Source: Adineta vaga (Eukaryota; Animalia; Rotifera). Taken from it: a stretch of DNA of 64,000 nucleotides. The stretch spans positions 12,276,001 through 12,340,000 of the forward strand of contig CP075495.1 in the NCBI GenBank assembly GCA_021613535.1, in the 5' to 3' direction. How positions within the stretch are numbered: the first letter of the stretch is position 1; every line of letters begins with the position of its first letter. The notes under the pieces were generated by a model that had not been told where the DNA came from, searched no databases, and saw nothing but the letters and a program-made list of their open reading frames with translations. Of the stretch, positions 39,520-53,237 are shown piece after piece. A program made the position numbers and the translations under genes.

Positions 39520-40557
39520 GATTAATTCTTTTCAAGTTAATATTCCTTGATTTTTTTTGTCACGCGTTCACTCTCACTCTCACACAACACACGCACGTTA
39601 TTAATCTAAAAATATGTAAAGATTCTTTCTATTCTATAATCAAATTAGATAAAAAACAAGTGCCACGAAGGCGAACAAATGAAAAGGAGGTTACATATGT
39701 GTAATGTAAACTATCTCAACTAGATAAATAACAGCGAAAAGAGGATATAAAAATGATATTTAACACGTGTATGCATTTCAAATGAAATGTTTTCAAAAAC
39801 TTAAAATCATATTGATTTTTATTTGAAAGAAAAGGAAAGTCTATCTGGATAGAAAATAAATTATTAATAATGTTATTTATTGAGGAACATAGAAAATATG
39901 ATCATGGCGAATTTCAACCAATGAAAATCAATAGGACAGATCACCATAGAAATTTTTCTTCTTCAAATAATAATATTTTGTTCTATTCTATATATTTTTA
40001 AATAAAATGTATGTTTCTTGCGATTGGATTATGAATTGTAAACGAACATATTTTCAGAAGGCAACATACTTAATAAACTTAAAAGTATTACAAGTGTGAA
40101 TAAATATTCTATAAATAGATCTTCTCTCTCTCACTCTCTCGTACTTTGGTTTCAATAAAAATATTAAAAAACATCGAAGTTAAACAATGATATTTGCAGA
40201 ATACCCGTCTATGCTCGTTGACATTGATTGAAAAAATATTAAAGAACCTTTTTTATTTTGATGACATGAAAAATAGCAATAATTTAGTTTTATAAACAAA
40301 TAGCCTCGTTTTCTTCAACAAAAGCATGAACGATGTATACGAGATAAAAGTTCATATATTTTCATATTCATATGGAATCAACATATGATGAAAAAGATAA
40401 CAATAGAAAGAAACAGGTAAGGACAAATAAATCTTGGTTTATACTTATTTCATGCTATCATATCAAGAAATTGTTAGTATCTTTCATATATAACTGATAA
40501 AAAGTATAGGTTGTTATTATAATATTTCGTAACATAAATAGAAAACGTGAGAGAATT

Positions 40558-42796
40558 ATGTATGAAAGACGTTCTAGTATTCATTCAGATGCGAGAGATG
40601 ATGATGGTGATGATGATCCATTATTAACATTAACAACAGCATCTGATCAACAACATGAACGAATCAAATTGAATACCTTAGATGAACCAATAACTAGAAT
40701 TAATTCTGATTATACTAAAGATTCAGATACAGAACCTCTATTAGACGAAATTCTAATTGAACCACCTGTAGGCGGCACTTTCTTATGTACAAAGGCACCG
40801 GCACGTTATATTACTGCTATCTGGGCTTTTTTCGGTTTTTTCTGTCTCTATGCAATGCGAGTGAATCTATCTGTAGCCATTGTTGCAATGGTTTGTACTT
40901 TGATTGAATACATAAATTATATCAGATTATTCTCTTTAGGTAATACCACAAAGTGATTTAAATCAATCAGCTACATCATGTCCAGTTACAAGCAAAAATT
41001 CCACAACACCTCAGAAAGTATTAGAAAATTGATCGTAAAATTCGTATTGTATAAATCGCTTTTATTTCTTCTATTAGCATTACGATTTTGATTGGAGTCC
41101 AACTGTAGAAGGTGCTGTTCTTGGAGCATTCTTCTATGGTTATTTGTTAATGCAAGTGTAAGATAATTACCGAAAGAATGCTGCAATTTCTTGAAAATAA
41201 TTTTGTTTTTGTAGTATAGGAGGTAACAAAAAATCGTACGAACGTAAGTATTTCTATTGATAGTATTTTTTATAGGCAATTTGGCTGAAAAATTTGGTGC
41301 AAAATGGATCTTTGGTGGAGGAATATTAATATCTGGTTTATTAACTCTATTAACACCAACAGCAGCTCATATCGATTATCGATTATTTTTTCTTATACGA
41401 TTTATTACCGGTGTTGTTTCAAGTCCAGGATTTCCATCAGCAGCAGCTCTTTGGGGAAAATGGGTATCAATGATTTACCTATTCGAAAAATATTTCTTTT
41501 ACTACTAAGTATTGATTCTCCTTCTTTTTTAAGATACCACCATCAGAACGTAGTACAATACCACCAATTTCTCAAAGTGGTGCCAATTTTGGTATTATTA
41601 TATCTACTCCATTAATAAGTATTATGATTGAAAGAAATTTTCTGGGTGGATGGCCATCAGCATTCTATGTGTTTGGTAATTCAATAGAAATTTAATCTAT
41701 CATATGTACTGTATTCTTTCTGCTCAGGTACTTTGTCGTGTATATGGTTTATTGGTTGGTATTTCTTTGGTTTTAATTCACCAGATGAACATCCACGTAT
41801 AACAAACGAAGAACGTCTTTTTCTTGAACAACGTATAGCATCTCATACTCGTAAAGTAAATGAAAAGTTTTGTTTTGTCTATTCATTATTACTTGCTCTT
41901 TATGAAAGAAAATTAAAACACCATGGCGTAAAATATTTACTTGTCCAGCTGTATATGGCATTGCTATAATGCATCTTTGTAATAATTATATCTATTATAC
42001 TTTATTAACATCATTACCAACTTATTTTGCTACTGTACTTCATTTTAATTTACATGAGGTTTAATTCAATTTGAAATTGAATGTATTTGATTCTTATCAT
42101 TTAGAATGGTTTTATCTTTGCTCTTCCATATTTTGCACAATTTTTAATGACAATTATATTTGGAAATATAGTAGATCGTATTCGTGCACGAAAACTTTTA
42201 TCAATTACAAAACTTCGAAAAGGACAGACAATTATTGGTAATAATTATTCAAATATTTTCTCATATGTCTTTTGCTTGATGGAATTTAGGAACTGTTGGT
42301 ACATGTTCATTCTTAGTTGCTATTGGTTATACGGGTTGTGATCATACGGGTTCAGTTATTTGTTGTATATTTGCGGTAGCTTTTCTTGGTTTACATACAT
42401 GTGGTGCATTGATTTCACATCTTGATGTTGCATCGAATCATGCTGGTTAATTTCAACATTTGTCATTTGAAAAGTTTATCTTTTTTTCTATTGTAAATAG
42501 GTACATTAGTTGGTATGACAAATACATTAGCAACGATACCTGGTTTTATTGGACCTGCAGTTGTCGGTGCATTTACCAATAAAAATGTAAGATATTGTAT
42601 TTTAATAGCTAATAGATCAAAGATTAATTAATATGTATAGCAAACAATTGAAGCTTGGCGTTATATATTTAATATCTCTGCTGGTATGGGTGTAATTGGT
42701 TGTATTGCTTATTGTATTTTATTTGATGGTGAAGAACAAGAATGGAATCGAGTTAATTACGGAATCGATGAACAACATGAATCAACTCAAACATGA
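40558..42796 (+). CDS. SLC17A5: SLC17/sialin-like MFS anion transporter; multi-exon, including an 8-nt microexon at 41215-41222
   Basis: ARY..AIWAFFGFFCLYAMRVNLSVAIVAMV; FDWS..LGAFFYGY; WIPPSERS; GGWPSAFYVFG; SPDEHPRITNEE; LDVASNHAGTLVGMTN; FDGEEQEWN; TGA 42794-42796. The subfamily (sialin versus other SLC17) is tentative. Confidence 0.88.
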
Positions 42797-42831
42797 AAAT
42801 AATTATTGATATTCGTTATTTTGTTTTTTTT

Positions 42832-43355
42832 TCATTCATCTAAATCTTCAATAATTATAAAATTATTTGATGATGATAAGAGGTGATTAGTGTCGTTCGC
42901 CATTTCTTTCATATCACTGAAGAATCTATAGATTTCTTTTGCTACGACTAAAAAGTATTCCTTTTATATTATCAATTGATATCTAAAATATTTCATATAC
43001 CAACTGCATTTAAAATAATAGTTTGCTCATTGAATATACCGCTAAGTACTGCTTTGATTTTAGTTAATAATTTATATTTTTCTTCCATTGTTAATTGTTT
43101 AATAAGTTCATATAAAGATTTATAACGAATATTCGCTCCATAACTAATCATTGTTGCCGTTGTCGCACCAGCCAATGCCCCAATGGGTCCTCCAATGAGT
43201 GCTCCAAATGTCGTACCAATTGAAGTTATTGCAATACATTTAACTGTCAGAAGTAAATCATGACGATGAGATTTTTCTAAAACATTTTCAAAATCTTGTC
43301 GTTTTATTGTTTCTAATAAAAGATGCCATTCGTCACTCCAATTAATTAAATTCAT
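42832..43355 (-). CDS. C19orf12-like glycine-zipper membrane protein; 2 coding exons (intron 42948-43000)
   Basis: GALIGGPIGALAG glycine zipper followed by YKSLYELIKQLTMEEK, resembling C19orf12 GGLVGGPPGLAVG..FKPVPQILMELP..EQ. Confidence 0.6.
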
Positions 43356-43621
43356 TAGAAATAATTCTACAAAGAATTCATTTCTCGAAAATAAATAAAT
43401 AAAACTATTTCCTTAACAACAACATCATTTAGTTCATACCATGATTATATTACTTATTTTAAACTGTCATGTCTAAATGACTAACTTTGTCAAAAGTTTA
43501 TGAATGTTAAATTTACGTATATTTATTATTTCAAAATCATTCATCAACAGAAAAAAAAATATATAGTGTATGTAAAGAAGAAAAACGTTCGATTATCTTT
43601 TTTTTGTTTCTATTGAAAATT

Positions 43622-46515
43622 CTAATAACCATCTGGTAAATTACTGGACGATTGTTCGGAAAGTTGTAATTGAATAATTTGAGATGGAGGAATTTGTAAT
43701 TCTTGATTGACTTTCGATTGCATATATTTCGAAAGAAGTAAACGTAATTCATCATTTTGTCTCGCTAATGAATTGTTATCTTCAAGTAATTTCGCACGAG
43801 TCGTCAAAGTCGCACTAAACAATACGAAAAATAGAATAAATTTATTAGAATAAAAAAAGAAATTACTAATATTTTTGAAGGCCAACTGTTAATGCATCCC
43901 ACAGACGTTCACGTTGTCCATCGATAACATTCGGATATTTTGCCCAATGTTCTCCATCCAATGAATCATCTCGTTCATCAAGTGATGCAACTTGATATGC
44001 TACTTGTGATGTTAATCTAAAGATCGTAAACAGATTTATCATTTTCGTTTCTTGAAATAAGATATATATACTTTTGACGACCACGATATTCTTCGAGAAA
44101 ATCTTTCAATGCTTTAAGTACATGATTTGGATGAATTAATTCGACACAGTTACCATTACTATCAATAATTTGATGTGTACCACTCTAAAACAAATATATA
44201 TATATATATATATAACTTTAGATAGGAATTTCATTTTGATTTGATTTCAATTTAACCTCGGTTACTTCTTCTCGATCTTCTCGTTTCCTTTCTTGACCAT
44301 CACCATCTTCTTCTTCATCATCATCTTGTTCAGGTCCAGCACCACTAGAAACATATTTTTTTGCTTGTTGTTGTTTAAGTTGTTCAATATGATCAACAAA
44401 AAATTTTGCCATCAATTTAATATCGTCTTCATTTTCAACTTTTAGTGCTCGAAAAATGGCATCTAATTTAATCAAACTTTTTTCATTCTTGTCCAATGGT
44501 TCAAGTAATGCCAATAATTTTGGTTCGACAAGAAAATCCTTTGATTTAAAAAAAGAAACAAAGTATTTTATTTATGATTAATCGTATTTTATTTAGCAGT
44601 AGACTTACTCCTTCATCACAAAGTAATTCGAGAATAGCTTTCATTGATGTACCCGATAGAAAATTATCTGGTTGATCAGATGAATATTCATTTTGTTGAT
44701 CAGTTAACAAATCTCGAACGACATCAATCGATGGTTTGGGAAGTTTAGTAGCATCAATTGGACCAACATTATTCATAAATTCAGTATCCGATGATGTCCA
44801 AGGAAGACCAAGTTGCTGTTCAAAGATTAATCTATCAGCATCGAGTAATTTCTGTGTCATTTCTCGACAACGATCTTCATTCATGATCCATAATTTATGA
44901 AATTTTTCCATATCAGCTGTTAAGAAATGTCTAAATCAAAGTAAATTACAATAGTCGATATTTCAAAAGTACGATGTTGATGTTAAACTATCGTGTCATG
45001 TGGTAAACGAATTCTTACTTTGCTTGTCGTTTAATTTCTTGTGTATTTCCTAATGTTCTTTTATATTCTTCCGCTGCTTGAATACTTTGTGTTTTGTAAA
45101 GTTTTTCTTTTTCTGCTAATTTTTTCTTTAAATTTGTTAATAAATCATTCAATCGAATCTTTCGATTTTTTTGTACACTGATTGTTAAGAGATTTTCTTC
45201 ATCACGTTTTTTTAATACTTTATAATTATATTCATATTTCTCTTGACTTAATTGATAGATAGCTTTCATTTCTTCGATTTTACGTTGTTGTTCTTGAAGT
45301 TGATTTTCTAATTTCGCTTTTTTCGCATTATATTCTTCGGCATGTTTAATACGTAAACGATGTAGATCACGTTCAAATGATTCATGACGTTCAAAACGTG
45401 CAATAACAAATTGTTCCTAAAAAAATACAAATAAACTTATTTGTTTCGAATTAGAATTCAAAACTTCTACCTCTTTATGACGTCGTTCTTCTAATTTATC
45501 TGTCCATTCACGATTGTATTTATCTAATAATTCTTGTCGTTCTTTAATAAAGGCATCTTCAATAGCATGTAATTCTCGTGCGTAATACATTCGACGACTT
45601 TTCACTTGTTCATTCATACGTTCAACAAGAAGTTTTACATTTTCATCAAATTTATGTAACATTTTAACATAATAATCATCTTTAGCTTTTAAATCCTAAA
45701 GAAAACAATCAAAGGATAATAATAAGAATGGTTACTAATTCAAAAAACCTTTTCTAATTCTCCAATTAATTTGTTTTTTTCTTCTAACATTGTTCCACAC
45801 GCATGTTTTTGTGCCATAAGTAACTAAAAGTTGAAAAAGTAATGTACACTTTACAATAGAACAAAATTGTCATGATACTTCGTGCAATTCACGTGAAATG
45901 TCTTTTGTTCGAGCACCTTCCCAATTTCGAATAATCTATCAAGGTAAAAAAATCAAACAAAAGTTAATAAATTTTGATCAAATTTATGCTTTACTTCTTC
46001 AAATTTTTCCTTTGATGATTTGGAATCTTGCTCTAATCGATCTTTTCGTTTTCTCGACGCTTCTTCTTCTTCTAATCGATGTTGATGTTCAATTAAATCT
46101 TGTCCAACACGTATATTAGTTACCTATCATCAATAATAGAAAGAAAAACGATGTTTTCTTTTTTTTTGAAAAGAATATAATCTTATTTCATACAAATTCT
46201 AAACCATCTTCTTCAAGTTTGACTAAACGTTGTCGAGATTGTTCAATTTGATCACGAGCAAAACTAGCCCGTTCTTTTTGTTCATTTTCTCCTGCTGATC
46301 CACGAACTCCATCTTTACTACAAATGAATCAAATACTCAATTAGAAAAGAGTCAATCGAAGAAAATCAAATCAATTACTCTGTTTGTTGATTAAGTCGTT
46401 GTTGAACACGAGCACGACGAGCTGCAATTCTTTCCTCTTGATTTTCTGATGTTAACGATGGTCCTTGATTTTCATCCTCATTAACAAATTTTTGATTGAT
46501 AGCCAGCAAATCCAT
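43622..46515 (-). CDS. DRC1: Dynein regulatory complex subunit 1 (CCDC164); multi-exon
   Basis: GPSLTSENQEERIAARRARVQQRL; MKAIYQLSQEKYEYNYKVLKKRDEEN; ADRLIFEQQLGLPW; LELLCDEG.FL; LIKLDAIF.AL; LWDALTVGLQKY; QNDELRLLLSKYMQSKVNQELQIPP. Confidence 0.92.
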
Positions 46516-46749
46516 GAGAATGTTTACAACAACTAAAAACGTTCTTTTCTAACGAAACTCAATCTTCATCAGTTGCTTTTATTCTATCGCAATGCCTCCA
46601 TTCTTTTTTTTTCTTTCTTTTATTCAAATAAATAAGAAGAACAGAATAACAAGATAAAAAGAAAAATACGACATCTAACGAATGAATAAAGAGGGCGTTT
46701 CTTTTATTTATTTTTTTATAACATGAGATTATCACATAAGACGAAAATT

Positions 46750-49700
46750 TTATAAATGTCGCATTGTTCGTATTGTGGTAACCATTCGTGCAGGTTTTTC
46801 TCGAGCAAGTTCTTCAAATTTTGTTTCATCAGCTGCAAATAATTGAATCATATCTTCAAAATCTGCTACATCTTTTAGCCCAAAATCTTCCAAAACACTA
46901 CAAAGATATCCTAAGAGAACAAGATACTGTTTAATGAAGGGAATTTTATTATTATAGAATATATATATATATTTACGGAGATCCATAAGTAATTGCTTGA
47001 GACCTGTTGCTGTTAATGTTTGAATTTGTAATGTTTGTTCCATACATAAACGCATTGTAGCCATAGCAATTGAATCAAGCCAACAGGATGTCAAATCATT
47101 GAATAATTCTATACCAAATTGAATAGAAACTAATACATTTACATAGATATGCATGAAAAATAGTACCCTTATCTTCCAGAAAAGGTAATCTTCCTTTTTT
47201 GAACGCAATTCCTAATTGTTGATTATCTTGTAAATTGAATGGTTCAAAGTGTTGTGGGAGCATTAAAAGATATTGACCAATCTATGAAGTAACGAACAAC
47301 AAACTTCGGAAAAGAAAAGAAAAGAAAGATGATCTTTACTTTGGTAATATTTTCTTGAGGAACGAAACTAAGAGAAGGTAAATCAGCAACAATTGTACCT
47401 CGATTATCACTTGCCCAGACCTTTGGAAACAAAAGATTTCTTTTACAAATAGTAAAATCAAAACGATTGACTTACAGATAATTTCCAAAAGCCATTCAAA
47501 AGTGATTGAATTGGTAAAAAGACAACATCAAAACTAAATCGATGACATTCATCACTAAGTTTACTCAATTGTTTCGGTATATCTGGAAACAGTGTATACG
47601 TCGCATCTATTCAAATACAAATATCGCCAATTTTATCTCAATAAAAATGACATTTTCTTTACTTTCTAATCCTGCTACGATTGCTACAAAATCATATTTA
47701 TCTGATGATGTTATATTAGTAATGAATGATTCAATTGCAAGATCAAATACGTCTTCATGTTGTTTATATCTATTGATAAATTATTTGAAAGAGATTACTT
47801 TATTTTTGATTAAAACAAAAAAGAACATACTTCGTTGTTTTACTGTACCATTCGTTTATCATTTGTAACATTTGTTGTGCTAATGATGATTCAAATTGTT
47901 CATATGCAAGAATAAGTTCACCTTTAGATTTGAAAAGAAAAAGATAAATGAATCATCTTATCAAAATAGATTACCACAAATTTCCAAGATACGAATTGTT
48001 TGTCGAAATAATTCCCAATCTTCATTACCTAAAACTTTTGCATGTCGTTCACGAATATTATTCACTACACGTCGTAATTCTCCAATATATTCAATAAAAA
48101 ATGTCTAAAATAAATTCGTTTTTATCAATAGACGAACACAGAATTTCGTTTTTATATATCCATTCCATACTTGAAGAACATTGAGAAGACTAATGATTGT
48201 TCGACCATTGGTTAATTGTTTACATCGATCAACAGTCTATTTTAGAGATAACCGATAATTATTCATGATATTGTCTAAACAAATATGTTTTACTTCATTT
48301 GCAATGGAGAATACACTAGGAATTGATGATGCAAGTAACTGAATACTACTTGGTGTATCACTTGTATCCTTAAATACAAACGAAAATTAATATCAACTCA
48401 CTCTTGTAATTAAAATAACTAGTTTTCTAACATTCCCTATTTTCACTTGATCATTCATAAATTAAACTAGAAATTTTTTCTCCATGACTAAATTATTCTA
48501 TTAGATATTAGAACTTTAACCTTCGACTGACATTGATATTTGTTTTCAAAAGAGGTTACGTACAAATCGAACGGTATCAAGGGCATTCTTTAATTGTTCT
48601 TGTTCATAGGAGGCATAATTTTGAAAAACATTCGTATAAGGTGAATATAATTCAAAAACAAAGACTTCAATTGTTGATGATGGAATCGTTTCTAAAAAAT
48701 CGGATAAACATATAAATCTGGTCGTTTTCTTTTCGAAAAAGAAATTTATTTACCATTTGATGATATATTTCGATATAATGGTTGAATTTGATTTTGAATT
48801 GATTTACCAAATCTATCTGTAACCTAAAGAAGAAAGGAAACGACGTAATTATTTCATGTCAACAATTAATAAATGTCATCACTAGTTATTTGTTTCAACA
48901 GAAGTTACTAGTTGATGTTCTTTTGATTATCATGTTATTTCTTCTTATACAACCTTCCGATTGTCATCAAAGGATATGTTGATTAACTTTCAATATATAT
49001 TTAAAAGGTATCTCGACAAGAGGAAACAAAATGACCTATTCTCTATAAATTCTTTGAAAATTACGAAGATATATCTCCAGACATTATTAATAAGAATTGA
49101 TAGACTTCATACTTGAAATAGTTGTCGTTTTTCTTATTTTTTTTTGTATGTCTATTGGATATTAATTGAATAGATTTTGTCACGATGATGATACTAGTTA
49201 TCTACATCTTGTCTATCTTTTTTCTGTCATGACATTCTATTTGAATGTAGGATGTCTTGTCATGACGAGTTATGTTGATAGATTTTTATTTTGTTTTCTT
49301 TCTTCTTCTTCTGCACTATATTTATCAAACTAATAGACCAAGTATGAATCTACATATATCAGAAAAGACAATAATATATTAACTAGAGCTTAACTATTGT
49401 TACTTATACCAAAGAAGAAGACGAAGAAGAACATTCTTATTATTACCATGGAAAGCAACTTAACAAAACGTCGTCCGTCGATAGTACCAGGCTCTCTATC
49501 TGATCTATCCAGTACATGGACACCTTCGATAGATATTATCAAAGAAGATGAGGATCGTTCAAGTAAATATTCTTCATCAGCATTAATTTCTTCGTTACCA
49601 TCAATAACAAATTATGAAACAAAACCATATTTAACAATAAAAAAACTTCATTATCAAAATCCATCAACTGGTCAAACAACAACAACATCAATGGCCCATA

Positions 49701-52014
49701 CATATGGTATATGTGTTTTAAATACAGAAGCTGAAGAAATCATTGCATGTGATCATTATAATAATCGATTGTTAATGTTTGATTCGAATAAAGACGGAAA
49801 TTTATTACAAATCTTTCGTGGTGATTTAGCTACACCTGAATGTGTTACACCACGACCAAATTATCGACAACAAATCTATATAACAAAAGCTCATTCAATA
49901 TCTCTCTATGATTTAGAAAAGAAAATGATCATACAAAAATTAGGTACAGAAGAAAGTGGTCATGCTAATAATCGATTTAATTCACCAAGCGGCATTGTTG
50001 TTGATCCTAATAATGGGTATCTATATCTATCTGTGTACATATTAAACTTTAGAAAAAAATATCTTTTTTCAATATTATTTTTAGAGAAATTTATATGTGC
50101 GATACATGGAATCATCGTATTTGTGTTTTTTCACCGGATTTTCGTTATGTCAATCGTCGATGGTATTTAACACGATGGGAACAACCACAACATAAAATTA
50201 AACCAAATTTTATTGCTATCAATGAGAATAATGAATGTGTTGTAACATGTGATGATGCACCAAATTATCGTGGCGCTGTTTACATTTTCGATAAAATGGG
50301 TTATATACAAAAGATTTATGATCATGAATCACGAAAATATCCGAATTCTGAAGTAAAATTTCATGTACCACATGGAATTTTACTCGATAATGAAGGTAAT
50401 TGGTTAACAGTTTGTTATTCCGATCCGGAATCACGATTAGTCGAAAGACGAAACAAACCTCATCGAAGTGAAGAACATGAATTAATTACTTATTGGTGTT
50501 GTAAAGAATTGAAAGGTCCTAGTGCTCTGGCAATGAAACGTGATCAAACATTAATTATCGGTGATCGAGATGAAAATTCGATATATTTTTTCAGACAACA
50601 TGCACTTAAAAACGAAGACAAGAAATTAAATATTTAGAAATATATCTGTGCATATGCATATGCATCTGATGAATGCTTGATTTCTTTCAAAATAAAATCA
50701 GCAAATTTGAAAACTTACTTGTTTACATCCAAGTAAGATTTCTAATCTTTTCTTAACTGAGATTTGTTGTCGATGAAGTTCGGTATGAAATTGTGATTTG
50801 TATTTACTATGAAATATTTTTAGACCATTTAAAACAATTGAAAGTGTTACACGAGTTGGATGATTGAAAATTTTTGTACACCAACGTATCTAATGAAAGG
50901 CGAAAACGATTTCGAAATGATTATTCAATAGATTTACTTCATCTTGCCAAAGATTTGATAAATAATCATAGATTGTAAGAAAGATTGTTTGATGTTCACT
51001 TGTTGCATTATCAATCAATTCTCTTATACGTGCATCCAAACGAGTCTATATTCATGAGTAGATATTGAATTTATAGAAAAAATAAAAATCCATGAGGAGA
51101 TATTACTTTCACAGATGTAACATATAAATCTTCTAATTGATCGGCTCGATCCATTGATTGAAATACTTGAGCAAATGATCGTGCCATATCTATTGAGAAT
51201 TTGAAATTAAATAAAAGAAGAAAGAAATATGAATGTCTCGTCATACATACCAACATCTTGAGTATTAAATGTAGCAACAACTGTTGGACTTATCAATGCT
51301 TCTAAACGGTTCTTTAATGTTTCTAATTGATTAACTCGATCAGCAAAATCCGGTACATCAGTTAAGATTTTTAAGGATTGTTGCATAGCAATTAATTTGG
51401 TTGCAATCTATAGGATTAGGAAAGTGTTTATTCGTTATCTTATCTCAATGTATTGCTTTACTTGTATAAAATCTTTCGATTCAAATGTATCATCGATTTG
51501 AGCTGATAATGTTACCCAATTATCTGCTTCTTGTAATGCTTTTGATGCTGATTGAATACGATTTTTAACGGAATCTAATTGAATTAAATTACGCATGCCA
51601 TCAGCTGTATCTTGGTTAACTTTTTGAATATCTCCTCGTACTGTACGCATTTGTTCTTGTAATAAAGTTGCTTCATGTCGAAGTACATCGATCTCACGAA
51701 GAACTCTAGAAAATCATTTTCAAACAAAACAAAGATGATTTATTCATATCAAAAAGATATTCCTACCGAGGAAATTGTTGCACAGCTTGTTGACTTGTTT
51801 CTTCAATTGTATTATTCATTTCTTGAATATACATTTGTAATTTAGTTATTAAAATGCCTGTATAATTATCGATATTTTGATTCGATTCTTTTTGTAATCG
51901 AAATGCTTGATTAAGCCAGTCGATAACATTGAATTCATCATCAAAAAATTTCGAAAAATCATCCTTAAAACAGAAGAATGTTAATAATATCAAAAAAGGC
52001 AGTGAACTTACCAT
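46750..52014 (-). CDS. COG7: Conserved oligomeric Golgi complex subunit 7; multi-exon, first coding exon is ATG only, 1.9-kb intron at 48824-50718
   Basis: M|DDFSKFFDDEFNVIDWLN; KLQMYIQEMNNTIEETSQQ; ALQEADNW; LKNRLEAL; LPSLSFVPQENITKIGQYLLMLPQHFEPF; KQLLMDL.YLCSVLEDFGL. Confidence 0.93.
49448..50637 (+). CDS. NHL-repeat beta-propeller protein nested antisense in a COG7 intron; 2 coding exons (intron ~50017-50085)
   Basis: NHL blades: TYGICV..IIACDHYNNRLLMF; RFNSPSGIVVDPNNGEIYMCDTWNHRICVF; PNFIAIN; VPHGILLD; LKGPSALAM..LIIGDRDENSIYFF. Confidence 0.85.
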
Positions 52015-52344
52015 TGAAAACCAGTTTAAATATACTGAAAAATGACACGATTTAAGAACAGAACATCGATATTTCTAATGGATGTTAGTCTAACCAATCA
52101 GATAAGATTGAATTATTCTTTGATGACAGTGCAGTGCAATGCGGTTTGACATTAACTGTTTTTTGTATTGATACAAATTATTTTATATGGTAAATCAATT
52201 CTTAAGTATAGAAAAACTTATATTGACGATAAAAAAAGAAGAGAATAAAGATTTATGTACAAGATTGAAGTTTCGTGCCGCTTTCTATTTGAAGAAGACT
52301 TCTGATATTTTATCGCTTTGCAATTCGATTGAAGTGGTTTTTAA

Positions 52345-52614
52345 CCCTTTTAATCCAGAGATTTCCTTACGTTCTACACAAACACGAAAAAAATAAAATC
52401 TCTCTCTCCGGCGTTCAATCATCTGTAATTAAATCTAGTGTGATTATTGAGCCATTAGAAAAAAACAAGAAATTACTGTTATAGGCAGAACCACGTATGA
52501 TAATTCACTTGAACATCACATGATATTCGTCTTCTAAGACGACGAAAGAACGCAATAAAATCTTTTACGTTCTGTAAGACATGTACGAAATGTCATGCAA
52601 GAAGATTGAAAGGG
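52345..52614. mobile_element. Putative piggyBac-family MITE (270 bp)
   Basis: TTAA at 52341-52344 and 52615-52618 flanks 11-bp TIRs CCCTTTTAATC / CCCTTTCAATC (10/11 identical); CCC...GGG termini with a TTAA TSD are piggyBac hallmarks; no coding capacity. Confidence 0.6.
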
Positions 52615-52826
52615 TTAAACGTACACATATTTGATTGGTCATTCAGCAATGGTGAATAGTAGTGGATTCAAATGGACACTATGTCAGTTGATGAACAGTA
52701 ATAATAGACGTATTTAGTTCAAGAACTAATATTGATTTTCGTTCTCTTGTACAAAAAAACTCTGGATAGATTAGATTGTGAATTATCGAAATATAAATTA
52801 ATTAAATAGGATACTATTGAATCTGT

Positions 52827-53037
52827 TTAAGAGAAAGGTCGTTCGGTGTGAGTTTGATAATGACGATATTTGATCGGAATTGCTTGATGTTGATAGCCAC
52901 AAACAGCTGACATTTTCCTTCCAGTACTTAAAATATTATTTCTAGTGTCTGATGATGTTGTACCTTGATTTGAATCATCAAATATTACTTCATATTGTTC
53001 TGTAGCTGGAGATTGTATCATTAAATCATCTAATTCT
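52827..53037 (-). CDS. Possible small ORF or orphan terminal exon (..MIQSPATEQYEVIFDD..RPFS*)
   Basis: Acceptor-like ttatttcaag followed by ~70 codons with host-like codon use; no homology recognised. Confidence 0.3.
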
Positions 53038-53237
53038 TGAAATAAATTACAATTTGATAAAATGATAAAGATAATTTTTGAATTAGTAACATCGAGATGT
53101 TGATTCAAATCGATTGATAAAAATTTTTAAATTTCTCGAGATCTAAGTAACTAAGTATTGTAAGATGATTTATTTAAATGATAGACTTTTTGTAACTAAC
53201 AGAAAAAGATGACAAAATTTTGTTTTATTATGAATTT

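Noticed and set aside
11836-43355. Homologues of two human NBIA genes (WDR45, C19orf12) in one window
   Set aside because: They are 30 kb apart with unrelated genes between; probably coincidental, and the C19orf12 call is tentative
52440-52457. TGATTATTGAGCCATT resembles antisense to 18S AAUGGCUCAUUAAAUCA
   Set aside because: Imperfect match, no C/D boxes, and inside the putative MITE
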